Counted from the first letter of the stretch, positions 19,389 through 29,684 are shown. The stretch: DNA of 64,000 bases from an uncultured Chloroflexia bacterium (GCA_963844415.1 CAWJOA010000006.1:550494-614493), one strand, 5' to 3'. Made by a program: numbers and translations. The notes: generated by a model not told the origin, from the sequence alone.

Positions 19389-20159
19389 ATGGACGAACCG
19401 TTGAGCCACACGGTCGGCGCCGTCGCCCGCATGAGCGGCGTGACGGTGCGGACGCTGCACCACTACGACGAGATCGGGCTGCTGCATCCCAGCGGCCGGT
19501 CCGAGAACGGCTACCGCCGCTACGCCGATGCCGATCTCGAGCGGCTGCAGCGCATCCTCTTCTACCGCGAGCTCGGGTTCGGCCTCGACGACATCAACAC
19601 GGTCATGACCGATGGCGACGCCGATGCGATCGGCCACCTCCGCCGCCAGCACGCGATGCTGCGCGACCGGATCGGCCGGCTCGAGCGCATGGCGGCATCG
19701 GTCGAGAAGGCGATGGAGGCACAGACGATGGGAATCTCGCTCACGCCGGAGGAGCGCCTGGAGGTCTTCGGCGACCACGACCCGGATCAGTACGCCGCCG
19801 AGGCGGAGGAGCGCTGGGGCAAGACCGATGCGTTCCGCGAGTCACAGCGGCGCGTGTCGCGCTACACGAAGGCCGACTGGCTCCAGCTGAAGGCCGAATC
19901 CGAGGCCTACGGCGGGCGGCTGGTGGACGCGATGCGCTCCGGCGCCGCTCCCGACTCGGAAGCGGCGATGGATGCCGCGGAGGAGCATCGGCAGCATATC
20001 AGCCGCTGGTTCTACGACTGCTCGTACGAGATCCACGTGGGGCTCGGTCAGATGTACGTCGACGATCCGCGGTTCACCGCGACGTACGAGGCGATCGCGC
20101 CGGGGCTGGCCGCGTACCTCAACGACGCGATCCAGGCGAACGCCGCGCGGCGCGGATAG
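19389..20159 (+). CDS. MerR family regulator with a TipAS-like antibiotic-recognition C-terminal domain (TipAL/Mta-like)
   Basis: The MerR HTH is VGAVARMSGVTVRTLHHYDEIGLL...YRRY. The C-terminal TipAS-like region is WGKTDAFRESQRR...YVDDPRFTATYE. Confidence 0.85.
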   Translation: MDEPLSHTVGAVARMSGVTVRTLHHYDEIGLLHPSGRSENGYRRYADADLERLQRILFYRELGFGLDDINTVMTDGDADAIGHLRRQHAMLRDRIGRLERMAASVEKAMEAQTMGISLTPEERLEVFGDHDPDQYAAEAEERWGKTDAFRESQRRVSRYTKADWLQLKAESEAYGGRLVDAMRSGAAPDSEAAMDAAEEHRQHISRWFYDCSYEIHVGLGQMYVDDPRFTATYEAIAPGLAAYLNDAIQANAARRG

Positions 20160-20203
20160 CCCCACGGACCCCGCAAGGGCGGTTTGACAGGCGGTATGTC
20201 GAT

Positions 20204-20228
20204 ATTGTTGACTATGTTAGTCAACAAG
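20204..20228. promoter_or_regulatory. perfect 10-3-10 palindrome, candidate Rrf2/IscR-type operator
   Basis: ATTGTTGACTATGTTAGTCAACAAG has arms TTGTTGACTA / TAGTCAACAA. It lies 21 nt upstream of the ABC binding-protein start, in a locally AT-richer stretch. Confidence 0.55.
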
Positions 20229-20248
20229 CCGCATCGACAGAGGCGCCA

Positions 20249-21274
20249 ATGCTCCGCCACGTCACCGTCGCCCTCGTGGGGCTCATCCTGCTCGCATCCT
20301 GCTCGCCCAGCTCCGGAGCCGAGGGCGAAGGCGGTACGACGCTGAGGCTCGGGTACTTCCCGAACGTCACGCACGCCCCCGCGCTCGTCGGGCTCGAGGA
20401 GGGGATCTTTGCAGAGGCGCTCGGCGACGTGGAGCTCCAGGCGCAGGCATTCAACGCCGGGCCGGACGTGGTGGAGGCGATCTTCAACGGGGCGCTCGAC
20501 GCGAGCTATATCGGGCCCAACCCGGCCATCAACGCGTTCTCCCAGTCCGAGGGCCAGGCCATCCGCATCGTCGCGGGCACGACGTCGGGAGGGGCGGCGC
20601 TCATCGTGAACCCGGAGATCACCTCGCCCGACCAGCTGGCCGGCACCGTCCTCGCCACGCCGCAGCTCGGCAACACGCAGGACGTCGCGCTGCGGGCCTG
20701 GCTGCTCGAGCAGGGATACGAGACCGACCTCGAGGGCGGCGGCGACGTGTCGATCATGCCGCAGGCCAATGCCCAGGCGCTCGAGGCCTTCATCGCCGGC
20801 GACATCGACGGGGCCTGGGTCCCTGAGCCGTGGGCCACGCGCATGGTCGAGGAGGGCGGCGGCTCCGTGCTCGTCGACGAGGCGGACCTGTGGCCGGACG
20901 GCCAGTTCGTGACCACGCACCTCATCGTCGCCACCGAGTTCCTCGAGGAGCATCCGGACGTCGTGCAGGCGCTGCTCACCGGCCACGTGGAGGCGGTGGC
21001 GTTCGCCAACGAGCAGACCGATGCGGCCCAGGCGGCGGTCATCGCCCAGATCGAGGCCGTCACCGGCAGCGGGCTGTCGCCGGAGATCCTTGCCACCGCG
21101 TGGGAGAACCTCGAGTTCACGGTCGACCCGATCGCGTCGTCGCTGGCGACGTCGGCCGAGCACGCCACGGAGCTCGGGCTGCTCGATCCCACCGACCTCG
21201 AGGGTATCTACGACCTCGCGCTGCTCAACGAGGTGCTCGGGGAGGCCGGCGAACCGGAGATCCCCGCCCCGTGA
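20249..21274 (+). CDS. ABC transporter substrate-binding lipoprotein, NitT/TauT (sulfonate/nitrate/taurine) family
   Basis: Lipobox LLASC and an SsuA/NMT1-like start LRLGYFPNVTHAP. Confidence 0.85.
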   Translation: MLRHVTVALVGLILLASCSPSSGAEGEGGTTLRLGYFPNVTHAPALVGLEEGIFAEALGDVELQAQAFNAGPDVVEAIFNGALDASYIGPNPAINAFSQSEGQAIRIVAGTTSGGAALIVNPEITSPDQLAGTVLATPQLGNTQDVALRAWLLEQGYETDLEGGGDVSIMPQANAQALEAFIAGDIDGAWVPEPWATRMVEEGGGSVLVDEADLWPDGQFVTTHLIVATEFLEEHPDVVQALLTGHVEAVAFANEQTDAAQAAVIAQIEAVTGSGLSPEILATAWENLEFTVDPIASSLATSAEHATELGLLDPTDLEGIYDLALLNEVLGEAGEPEIPAP

Positions 21275-22077
21275 CGGCCGTTGCCGCCGTCCGCGAGCCG
21301 CGCGTCGTGCCGGCCGTGGAGCCGGCCGCGGAGCCGACCGCGATCGATGTCCGCGGCCTCCACAAGGTCTATGGGCCGCGCGGCAACCATGTCCTCGCGC
21401 TTCGCGACGTCACGATGTCGGTCCGGCGGGGCGAGTTCGTCTGCCTGGTCGGGGCATCGGGATGCGGCAAGAGCACCCTGCTCAACCTGCTCGCCGGCCT
21501 CGACCGCGTCCAGGCGGGCTCGGTCGAGGTCAACGGCCGCGTCAGCCTCCTCTTCCAGGAGTCCGCGCTCTTCCCGTGGCTGACGGCACGCGAGAACGTC
21601 GAGCTGCCGATGCGTCTCGCCGGCGAGCGCTCCGCACCCCGCCGTGAGCGCGCGGAGGCGCTCCTCTCGACGGTTCGCCTCGACGGCTTCGCCGACAAGC
21701 GGCCGCACGAGCTGTCCGGCGGGATGCGACAGCGCGTCGCGCTGGCCAGGGCGCTCGCCCAGGGCGCCGACATCCTGCTCATGGACGAGCCGTTCGGCGC
21801 CCTCGACGCGATGACCCGCGACATCCTCCACGACGAGCTCGAGCGGATCTGGGCCGAGGGCGGCCTGACCGGCGTCTTCGTGACCCACGACGTCCGCGAG
21901 GCGGTGCGCCTCGGCGACCGGGTGATCGTGCTGACCAGCCGGCCCGGCACGGTCGCCGAGGAGTTCGAGGTGCCGCTGCCGCGACCCCGCCAGCACGGTG
22001 GCGGCGAGATCGCGCGGCTGACCGACGCGATCACCGCGCGGCTCCGAGCCGAGGTGCGCAGTCACGCGAATGACTGA
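21271..22077 (+). CDS. ABC transporter ATP-binding protein (NitT/TauT family)
   Basis: Walker A GASGCGKST, signature LSGGMRQR and Walker B ILLMDEP. The GTG at 21271 overlaps the upstream stop (GTGA). Confidence 0.9.
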   Translation: MTAVAAVREPRVVPAVEPAAEPTAIDVRGLHKVYGPRGNHVLALRDVTMSVRRGEFVCLVGASGCGKSTLLNLLAGLDRVQAGSVEVNGRVSLLFQESALFPWLTARENVELPMRLAGERSAPRRERAEALLSTVRLDGFADKRPHELSGGMRQRVALARALAQGADILLMDEPFGALDAMTRDILHDELERIWAEGGLTGVFVTHDVREAVRLGDRVIVLTSRPGTVAEEFEVPLPRPRQHGGGEIARLTDAITARLRAEVRSHAND

Positions 22078-22936
22078 GGCCGCCCGCCGCCTCGAGGCCG
22101 ATGAGCTCAGCGGGCTCGACCGCCTCGAGCTCCCGATCGCTTCCCACCCGTCCTGGGCCAGCCGGGCATGGGCATCGACGTGGCCGCAGCTGGCGGCCAT
22201 CGCAATCCTGCTCGGCCTCTGGCAGCTGGTGGTGACGCTCGAGCTGAAGGATCCGTGGGTCCTGCCCGGGCCGGCCACGGTCATCCCGAGGCTCTTCGAC
22301 GACCTCGGCGGGAACCTTCCGTCCGCGATCGCGACGACGCTGCGACGCGCGTCGATCGGCTATCTCCTCGCGCTCGGCATCGGGATGGCGGTCGGCCTGG
22401 CGATCGTCCGCTGGCGAGTCCTGCGGACCGCGGTTGCCTCGCTCATCACCGGCCTGCAGACGATGCCCTCGATCGCCTGGTTCCCGTTCGCCATCCTCCT
22501 CTTCGGCCTGACCGAGACCGCGATCATGTTCGTCATCATCCTCGGCGCGGCGCCCTCGATCGCGAACGGCCTGATCAACGGCGTCGACCACATCCCTCGC
22601 ATCCTGCTTCGCGCCGGCGACGTGCTCGGCGCGCGGGGCATCAACCGCTATCGGTTCGTGGTGCTGCCGGCCGCGCTGCCGGCGTTCGTCGGCGGCATGA
22701 AGCAGGCGTGGGCCTTCGCCTGGCGCAGCCTGATGGCCGGCGAGCTGCTCGTCATCATCGCCCAGCAGCCGTCACTCGGCGCGCAGCTCCAGCTTCAGCG
22801 AGACCTCGCCGACGCCGAGGGCCTGCTGGCGACGATGATCGTCATCCTCGTGATCGGCATCCTCGTCGACCTGGTCGTGTTCGGCACGGTCGAGCGGCGC
22901 ATCCGCGCTCGACGCGGCCTCGCCGACCCCGCCTGA
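22070..22936 (+). CDS. ABC transporter permease (NitT/TauT family)
   Basis: Six-TM BPD-type permease. Its start overlaps the end of the ATPase gene. Confidence 0.9.
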   Translation: MTEAARRLEADELSGLDRLELPIASHPSWASRAWASTWPQLAAIAILLGLWQLVVTLELKDPWVLPGPATVIPRLFDDLGGNLPSAIATTLRRASIGYLLALGIGMAVGLAIVRWRVLRTAVASLITGLQTMPSIAWFPFAILLFGLTETAIMFVIILGAAPSIANGLINGVDHIPRILLRAGDVLGARGINRYRFVVLPAALPAFVGGMKQAWAFAWRSLMAGELLVIIAQQPSLGAQLQLQRDLADAEGLLATMIVILVIGILVDLVVFGTVERRIRARRGLADPA

Positions 22937-22951
22937 CGGCGCGCCGGCGCG

Positions 22952-23479
22952 CTATCCCCGTCGCGCCGCGTTCCGGCGGCGCGGCGCGGCGGTCTTGAAC
23001 GGCGTCGGGCCCCGCACCCGGCCGAGCGAGATCCAGGCGTCGGGAGCGGCGGTCAGGCGCTCGACCTCCTCCGACAGGTTGCCGTCGACGAGGTCCTGGA
23101 GCGACATCCCCTCGAGGATCTCGCGCAGGCCGGCACGGACGGCGATCCAGACGCGCTGGAGGTGCTGAGCCGGGCCTGGGTACTCGATTCGCTCCGGGCG
23201 GTCGCCGCGGACGTCGGCGATCGGTCCGTCGACGGCGCGGATGACGTCGGCGAGGCTGACCTCCGCCGGGGGCCGCGCCAACCGGAAGCCACCCGACGCC
23301 CCGCGCTGGCTCTGCACGATCCCGGCGTGCTTGAGGTCGAGCAGCACGCTCTCGAGGAACTCGACGGGGATGTTCTGCCGGGCGGCGAGCGCGTCCCGCT
23401 TCAGCCGTCCCTCGGGACCGGCCATGGCCAGCTCGGCGGCGGCGCGCAGTGCGTAGTCGGCCCGTGCCGATACCCTCAT
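22952..23479 (-). CDS. Rrf2 family transcriptional regulator
   Basis: MRVSARADYALRAAAELA...LKHAGIVQSQRGASGGFRLARP. I see no obvious three-Cys cluster. Confidence 0.85.
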   Translation of the reverse strand: MRVSARADYALRAAAELAMAGPEGRLKRDALAARQNIPVEFLESVLLDLKHAGIVQSQRGASGGFRLARPPAEVSLADVIRAVDGPIADVRGDRPERIEYPGPAQHLQRVWIAVRAGLREILEGMSLQDLVDGNLSEEVERLTAAPDAWISLGRVRGPTPFKTAAPRRRNAARRG

Positions 23480-23536
23480 GCGTCGATTCTGGCACGCGCT
23501 GGCCACCGCGAACGCCGCCGCCTATGCTCACCGGCG

Positions 23537-24241
23537 GTGACCGATCCCGATCGCGACTGCTGCTCGGCCGGTGCCGACCCACGCATCGCCCGCGACTTCG
23601 ACGCGCGCTACGAGGGGTGGACGCCGGAGGAGGGCTTTCCCGAGCTCGTCGACGTCTCCGGCGCGATCCTCGATCTCCTGCGCGACACCGCGCTCCGCCG
23701 TCCGAGCGTCATCGACCTCGGCTGCGGCACCGGAGCGCTGGGCGTGGCGCTGCTCGAGATGGGCGCCGCGCGCCTCACCGGCGTCGACCTGTCGCCGGCG
23801 AGCATCGACCTGGCCCGGCGACGCGCCGACGACGCCGGGTTCGGCGGCGTCAGCGCCTTCGAGGTCGGCAACGGGGCCGAGACCCACGCGGCGCCGCACG
23901 ACTGGGTCGTCCTCGACCGCGTGATCTGCTGCTACGGCGACGTCGACGGCCTCGTCGGGCGTGCGATCGACCTCGCACAGGAGCGGATCGCGATCGCCGT
24001 GCCGGAGTCGCGCGGCTGGCGCGGCCTCGTCAACCGCCCGCTGTGGTTCGCCGAGTTCGCCTGGGATCGCCTGCAGGGCGGCTGCCGTGGCTACGTCCAC
24101 GACCTGCGGCGGATCGAGCGCCGCCTGGCTGCTGCCGGGTTCGTGCCGGCCGGCAGCGACCGCATCGGCCTCTGGCACATCGGCATCTATGACCGGCCGA
24201 ACACCTCGGCCAGCCCGGACTCGAGGTCGCGCGGCGCGTAG
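23537..24241 (+). CDS. class I SAM-dependent methyltransferase
   Basis: Motif I VIDLGCGTGALG. The GTG start at 23537 is inferred. The 3' end overlaps the convergent epimerase gene by about 55 nt. Confidence 0.7.
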   Translation: MTDPDRDCCSAGADPRIARDFDARYEGWTPEEGFPELVDVSGAILDLLRDTALRRPSVIDLGCGTGALGVALLEMGAARLTGVDLSPASIDLARRRADDAGFGGVSAFEVGNGAETHAAPHDWVVLDRVICCYGDVDGLVGRAIDLAQERIAIAVPESRGWRGLVNRPLWFAEFAWDRLQGGCRGYVHDLRRIERRLAAAGFVPAGSDRIGLWHIGIYDRPNTSASPDSRSRGA

Positions 24242-25140
24242 CCGAGCTCGCGGCGCGCCTTCGCATCGGTGGCCCAGTAGCTCACGCCGGCGCTGGCGCT
24301 GACGAGCTCGCCCAGGTCGGGACCGATGCGCCGCACGAGCGGCGCAGCCGCGCGCAGCATCCAGGTCGGGGTCGCCAGCCGCGGCGGCCGATGGCCGCCG
24401 ATCGCCGCGACACGCCGCACGAGCTCGGCAAGCGTCGTGAGCTCCCCGCCGAGGACGTACGACTCGCCGGCTCGCCCGCGGCCGCCGACGAGCGCGATGC
24501 CGGCCGCGATGTCCTCCACGTGCGCCATGTTCATCCCGAGGTCGCCGAACGTGATCGCTCGCAGCCGCCCCTCCGCGGCCTCGGCCAGCACGCCGCCGAG
24601 CGACGAGTGGTCGCCGGGACCGTAGACCCCGCCCGGCATGGCGATGAGCACCGGCGCCCCGGCGGCGATCCGCTCGGCCGCGAGCAGGTGCGCCCGGTGC
24701 TTCGTCTCGTCGTAGACGCTGACGTACCGATACGGACGCGGCCGATCGTAGGTCTCGTCCACGACCCGGTAGCCGGTGTCGCCGAAGGCGTTGACCGTCG
24801 AAACGTGGACGATGCGGCCGACGCCGGCCGCCATCGCCGCGTCGAGCACCGTCGCGGTCGCGGTCACATTGGCCGCCTCCATCGCCGGGCGGTCGGCGGC
24901 CCGGATGCCGACCCGGTAGTCGCCGGCGAGGTGGTAGGCGACGTCGCAGCCGCGCAGCGCATCGGTCACGGCCGAGGCGTCGAGCACGTCGCCGACGATG
25001 ACCTCGCAGCCGGCATCGCGCAGCGCGGCGGCGGAGCGTTCGGAGCGGGCGATGGCCCGCACGTCGACGCCCGAGGCACGCAGCCGGGTGACGAGCGAGC
25101 GCCCGATGAAGCCGCCGCCGCCGGTGACGAAGGCGCGCAC
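24187..25140 (-). CDS. NAD-dependent epimerase/dehydratase (extended SDR)
   Basis: Rossmann motif MRAFVTGGGGFIGRSL, with a YxxxK region present. Confidence 0.85.
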   Translation of the reverse strand: MRAFVTGGGGFIGRSLVTRLRASGVDVRAIARSERSAAALRDAGCEVIVGDVLDASAVTDALRGCDVAYHLAGDYRVGIRAADRPAMEAANVTATATVLDAAMAAGVGRIVHVSTVNAFGDTGYRVVDETYDRPRPYRYVSVYDETKHRAHLLAAERIAAGAPVLIAMPGGVYGPGDHSSLGGVLAEAAEGRLRAITFGDLGMNMAHVEDIAAGIALVGGRGRAGESYVLGGELTTLAELVRRVAAIGGHRPPRLATPTWMLRAAAPLVRRIGPDLGELVSASAGVSYWATDAKARRELGYAPRDLESGLAEVFGRS

Positions 25141-25144
25141 CGGG

Positions 25145-25579
25145 CTAGGTGGCGGCGAAGCGCGCGCGGAGCCGCTCGAGGGTCGCGTCGATCTCGCCGC
25201 CCGCGGCGCCGGCGATCATCGGCTCCATGAAGCGGGTCAGCATCGAGCCGCGGATCTCCATCCCGAAGCGCAGGTCCGTCTCGGCCCCGGCCTCGGCGAG
25301 GTCGAGCGAGGCGGCGACGTTCACGCCCGAGACCTCGCTGGTGATCACGAGGTGGCGCGGCGGGTCGTACTCGGCGACGGTGAGCGGAGCCTCGACCCGC
25401 TGCGAGCCGAGCGCGCGGACGACACGGGCCGTGGATCCGGCACCGAGCTCGCCGCCCGAGGTGACCTCGGCGCTCACGATGCCCGCCATCCACTCGTCGA
25501 GGTTGTCGAGATCGGCGAGGTACGCGAAGAGGGCGCCGGGCGGCGCAGCGATCCGTGACTCGCGCTCGACCCGCTTCAT
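25145..25579 (-). CDS. SRPBCC (polyketide cyclase/dehydrase-like) family protein
   Basis: 144 aa with a typical SRPBCC N-terminus (ESRIAAPPGALFAYLADLDNLDEWM). Confidence 0.7.
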   Translation of the reverse strand: MKRVERESRIAAPPGALFAYLADLDNLDEWMAGIVSAEVTSGGELGAGSTARVVRALGSQRVEAPLTVAEYDPPRHLVITSEVSGVNVAASLDLAEAGAETDLRFGMEIRGSMLTRFMEPMIAGAAGGEIDATLERLRARFAAT

Positions 25580-25582
25580 CGG

Positions 25583-26404
25583 TCAGGCATCGGCGGCCGG
25601 CGCCTGCTCGCCGGCGAGCGGAGGCGTCGGTCCGGATCGGTCCTCATCGGTCAGGTGGTAGGGGTCCCGCAGGTGGACCGGCTTCGTGTCGTGCCGCCCG
25701 CGGATCCGGAGATTGATGAGCTCGACGAAGACGCTGAAGGCCATCGCGAAGTAGATGTAGCCCTTCGGGATGTGGAAGTCGAGGCCCTCGGCCACCAATG
25801 ACATGCCGATGAGCAGCAGGAAGCTCAGCGCCAGGATCTTCACCGTCGGGTGGCGGTTCACGAAGTTGCTGATCGCGCCGGAGCTGATGAGCATCACGCC
25901 GACGGCGATGACGACCGCGGTGACCATGACCCACAGGTCCTCGGCCATCCCGACCGCGGTGATGACCGAGTCGAGGCTGAACACGATGTCGAGCAGCAGG
26001 ATCTGCGCGATCACGCTCGAGAACGCGGCCGTCCCCGCCGCGACCGCGCCCGGAGCGTGCTCGGCGCCCTCGAGCCGGTCGTGGATCTCGAACGTCGCCT
26101 TGCCGAGCAGGAACAGCCCACCACCGATGAGGATGATGTCTCGCCCGCTGATGTCCATGCCGAGGATGTTGAAGAGCGGAGCGGTCAGGCCGATGACCCA
26201 CTGGATGGTGAACAGCAGGCCGATGCGCATGAACATCGCCAGGCTGAGGCCGATGATCCGTGCCCGATCCTGCTGCTCGCGCGGCAGCTTCCCGACGAGG
26301 ATGCTGATGAACACGATGTTGTCGATGCCGAGCACGATCTCGAGCACCGTCAGGGTGAGCAGGGCGACCGCCCAGGTTCCCGGGTCGCCGAGGAAGTCGA
26401 ACAC
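25583..26404 (-). CDS. TerC family integral membrane protein
   Basis: Multi-TM protein with the TerC signature LEIVLGIDNIVFISI and a second DSVITAVG repeat. The start is a GTG. Confidence 0.85.
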   Translation of the reverse strand: MFDFLGDPGTWAVALLTLTVLEIVLGIDNIVFISILVGKLPREQQDRARIIGLSLAMFMRIGLLFTIQWVIGLTAPLFNILGMDISGRDIILIGGGLFLLGKATFEIHDRLEGAEHAPGAVAAGTAAFSSVIAQILLLDIVFSLDSVITAVGMAEDLWVMVTAVVIAVGVMLISSGAISNFVNRHPTVKILALSFLLLIGMSLVAEGLDFHIPKGYIYFAMAFSVFVELINLRIRGRHDTKPVHLRDPYHLTDEDRSGPTPPLAGEQAPAADA

Positions 26405-26490
26405 GTCGTGGCTCGCTAGCGGGGATTCGCGGCGTCAGCGCTTCGCACGAAGCGTACCGCGCCCGCGCCGACGTCGCCGAATGACCATCC

Positions 26491-27258
26491 TCAATGGAGA
26501 ATCTGGGACAGGAAGCGCTTCGTGCGCTCGTGCTGTGGCGCCTCGAAGATCTGCTGCGGCGGTCCCTGCTCGACGATCACGCCCTCGTCGAAGAAGACCA
26601 TCCGGTCCGCGACCGCGCGCGCGAATCCCATCTCATGGGTGACGCAGATCATCGTCATGCCGGCGTCTCGGGCGAGCGACTGCATGACGTCGAGCACCTC
26701 ACTGATCATCTCCGGGTCGAGGGCCGACGTGGGCTCGTCGAAGAGCATGATCTTCGGGCTCATGGCCAGGGCGCGCGCGATCGCGACGCGTTGCTGCTGT
26801 CCACCCGAAAGCTGCGCGGGGTACTTGTGCGCCTGCTCCGGGATGCCGACCCGTTCGAGGAGCTTCATGCCGACCGCTTCCGCATCGGCGCGCGCGTACC
26901 GCCGCACCCGCATCGGCGCGAGCACGAGGTTCTCGAGCACGGTGAGGTGCGGGAACAGGTTGAATGACTGGAAGACCATGCCGATCTCGCTGCGAATGGC
27001 GGCGATGTTGCGCACGTCGTTCGAGAGCTCGATGCCGTCGACGATGATCTCGCCGCGCTGGTGCTCCTCGAGGCGGTTGATCGTGCGGATGAAGGTCGAC
27101 TTGCCGGAGCCCGACGCGCCGAAGATCACGACCACCTCGCCGGTCTTCACCGTGAGGTCGATGCCGCGCAGCACGTGGAGCTGGTCGAACCACTTGTGGA
27201 CGTCGCGGCAGACGATGATGTCGTCGCGCTCCGCATCGGTCCTGCGCTCATCGGTCAT
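26491..27258 (-). CDS. polar amino-acid ABC transporter ATP-binding protein
   Basis: [24 protein letters not shown] and [13 protein letters not shown] motifs. The start ATG at 27258 overlaps the upstream stop (ATGA). Confidence 0.92.
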   Translation of the reverse strand: MTDERRTDAERDDIIVCRDVHKWFDQLHVLRGIDLTVKTGEVVVIFGASGSGKSTFIRTINRLEEHQRGEIIVDGIELSNDVRNIAAIRSEIGMVFQSFNLFPHLTVLENLVLAPMRVRRYARADAEAVGMKLLERVGIPEQAHKYPAQLSGGQQQRVAIARALAMSPKIMLFDEPTSALDPEMISEVLDVMQSLARDAGMTMICVTHEMGFARAVADRMVFFDEGVIVEQGPPQQIFEAPQHERTKRFLSQILH

Positions 27259-28451
27259 CAGCGCACCCCCACGCCGAGCTGGCGCTCGAGCCGGTAGCTC
27301 GCCTGGCTCATGGCGTAGCAGAGGACGAAGAAGACGGCGGCGATGAACACGTAGACCTCCATCTGGGCCCCGAAGGATTCCGGCTGCGCCAGGACCGCAC
27401 GGCTGATGCCGAGCAGCTCCAGCAGACCGATGATCGTGACGAGCGTCGTGTCCTTGAGCAGGCTGATGAAGAGGCCGACGTTGGCCGGGATGACCGCTCG
27501 CAATGCCTGCGGAAGGACGATGAACCGATTGGTCGAGATGCCGCTGAGCCCGAGCGCCTGGGCCGCCTCGACCTGGCCGCTCGGGATGGCCTGCAGCCCG
27601 CCGCGCACGTTCTCGGCGACGTACGCCGCCGAGAAGAGGGTGATGCCGCCGATCGCCCGCGCCACACGGTCGAGGCGCCACTCCCCGGGCAGGAACAGCG
27701 GCAGGATGATGTCGGCCATGAAGAGGATCGTGACGAGCGGGACGCCGCGGATGAGCTCGATGTAGCCGGTGCTCAGGATCCGCACCACCGGCAGCTTGCT
27801 GCGGCGGCCGAGCGCCAGCAGTACGCCCAGCGGGAACGACAGGAGGATCCCCGTCACCGCCAGCACGACCGTCAGCAGCAGCCCGCCCCACAGGTTGGAG
27901 CTGACCGATGGCAGCGCCGTCGTGCCGAAGCCGCTGATCAGCGCGAAGGCGACCGGCAGCGAGATCAGCCAGGCCCAGGTCAGCGCGCGGCGCGAGACGA
28001 GGCGGCGCAGGCCGATCGCGTAGGCGACCCAGATCAGCGCGGTGTTCAGCGCGAGCGCGCCCGCGGCGATGACGCCGAGCGGCGAGACGAGCATGAGCAC
28101 GGCGAGCATGAGCTGCGCGGCCGAGAGGGTGATCGCGAGCGCTCGCATGGCGCGGCCGAAGACGCCGGCGGAGAGGCCGCTCAGGACGGAGACGATCGCC
28201 AGCTCGAGCCAGATGCGCCACGCCTCGTCGGCCGGGTACTGGCCGATGAGGAAGATGCGCAGGTTGTTCGTGATCACGCTCCAGCGCGCCTCGGTCACCG
28301 CCCATTGGCCGATCGTGATGACGAGCCACACGAGGACGCCCACGATGACGACGGTGACGACCGAGCTGATCGGCCCGCTGAAGAGGTTTGCGCGCAGCCA
28401 GGCGACCGGACCGATCGTGTCGCGCGGTGGCGGGAGCGTCTCGACGGTCAT
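27258..28451 (-). CDS. amino-acid ABC transporter permease (AapM-like long form)
   Basis: Polytopic, with a His/Glu/Gln/Arg-type permease core ([12 protein letters not shown]..., EAAQALGLS). Confidence 0.88.
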   Translation of the reverse strand: MTVETLPPPRDTIGPVAWLRANLFSGPISSVVTVVIVGVLVWLVITIGQWAVTEARWSVITNNLRIFLIGQYPADEAWRIWLELAIVSVLSGLSAGVFGRAMRALAITLSAAQLMLAVLMLVSPLGVIAAGALALNTALIWVAYAIGLRRLVSRRALTWAWLISLPVAFALISGFGTTALPSVSSNLWGGLLLTVVLAVTGILLSFPLGVLLALGRRSKLPVVRILSTGYIELIRGVPLVTILFMADIILPLFLPGEWRLDRVARAIGGITLFSAAYVAENVRGGLQAIPSGQVEAAQALGLSGISTNRFIVLPQALRAVIPANVGLFISLLKDTTLVTIIGLLELLGISRAVLAQPESFGAQMEVYVFIAAVFFVLCYAMSQASYRLERQLGVGVR

Positions 28452-29629
28452 CGCTCGAGCACCTGGACGCGGCGGTTGTAGAGGTTCATGAGGAAGCTGG
28501 TGAAGAGGCTGATCGCGAGGTACGTGCTCATGACGAGGACGATCACCGGGACCGGCTGGCCGGTCTGGTTGGCCATCGTCTGGCCGACCTTGAAGAGGTC
28601 GGGGTAGCCGATCGCGATCGCCAGGCTCGAGTTCTTCGTCAGGTTCAGGTACTGGCTGGTGAGGGGCGGGACGATGATCCGCAGCGCCTGCGGGAAGATG
28701 ATCAGCCGCAGCGTCTCGCGTTCGCTCAGGCCGAGGGCGCGCGCCGCCTCGACCTGGCCCGTTCGCACCGCCTGGATGCCACCCCGGACGACCTCACCGA
28801 TGAACGCGGCGGTGTAGAGCACCAGCCCGACCAGCAGTGCGGCGAACTCCGGCGAGAGTCCCATGCCGCCGTTGAAGTTGAACCGCTCGCGCACCGGGAC
28901 GTCGAACGCGACCGGGGCTGTGAGGACCCATCCGAGCGCGGCGATCGCGAACAACGCGAGCCAGCCGAGCGCGCGCAGCCCGCGAATCGGCCGCCCGGCG
29001 TCCTCGCGGCTGCGCGCGGTGCGGCGGACGACGACGAGCACCACGACCCCGACCGCGACGAAGGCCAGCCAGGCGAGGAGCCCCGACGTGACCTGGGGCG
29101 CGGGCAGGAAGACGCCGCGCTGGCTGACGAAGATCGAGCCGGGGAGGCTGATCGCCTCGGCGACGGCCGGCAGCGCCAGGAAGACGGCGAAGTAGAGGAT
29201 GAAGAGCTGCACGAGGAGCGGCGTGTTGCGGATGACCTCGACGTACCACGAGGCGATGCGCCGGACGAGCCAGTTCGGCGACAGCCGCGCCACGCCGACG
29301 ATGACCCCGAGGATCGTCGACAGGATGATGCCGAGCACGCTGACGATGAGGGTATTCAGCAGACCGACCAGGAACGCGCGGGCGTAGGTATCGGTCGGGG
29401 AGTAGGGGATCAGCGTCTCGCTGATGTCGAACCCGGCGCTGCGGCCCAGGAAGCTGAACCCGAACCCGAGCCCGCGCTCGGCCATGGCGGCGGTGAAGTT
29501 CGCGACCATGAACGCCGCCAGCGCGGCGACGACGAGCACGGCGACGGCCTGTGCCGCGAGGCGCAGGACGCGGACGTCCCGCCACGGCGGCACGCCGGGC
29601 GCGCTGGACGGGCGTGGCGCCGCCGTCAT
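28448..29629 (-). CDS. amino-acid ABC transporter permease (AapQ-like long form)
   Basis: Polytopic, with [10 protein letters not shown]...[12 protein letters not shown]. Confidence 0.88.
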   Translation of the reverse strand: MTAAPRPSSAPGVPPWRDVRVLRLAAQAVAVLVVAALAAFMVANFTAAMAERGLGFGFSFLGRSAGFDISETLIPYSPTDTYARAFLVGLLNTLIVSVLGIILSTILGVIVGVARLSPNWLVRRIASWYVEVIRNTPLLVQLFILYFAVFLALPAVAEAISLPGSIFVSQRGVFLPAPQVTSGLLAWLAFVAVGVVVLVVVRRTARSREDAGRPIRGLRALGWLALFAIAALGWVLTAPVAFDVPVRERFNFNGGMGLSPEFAALLVGLVLYTAAFIGEVVRGGIQAVRTGQVEAARALGLSERETLRLIIFPQALRIIVPPLTSQYLNLTKNSSLAIAIGYPDLFKVGQTMANQTGQPVPVIVLVMSTYLAISLFTSFLMNLYNRRVQVLER

Positions 29630-29684
29630 CGGGGCTGGTGGGGAGTGCCGGGGCCGGCCGGAGCCGGCCCCGAGCGCTCAGGTC

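Noticed and set aside
26405-26490. A yybP-ykoY manganese riboswitch upstream of the TerC gene.
   Set aside because: The spacer is only 86 nt and lacks the conserved GGGGAGUAG / UUGACA-type cores. It contains only a 7-2-7 palindrome (CGCTTCG-ca-CGAAGCG, 26439-26454), which is more likely a terminator for the upstream ABC operon.
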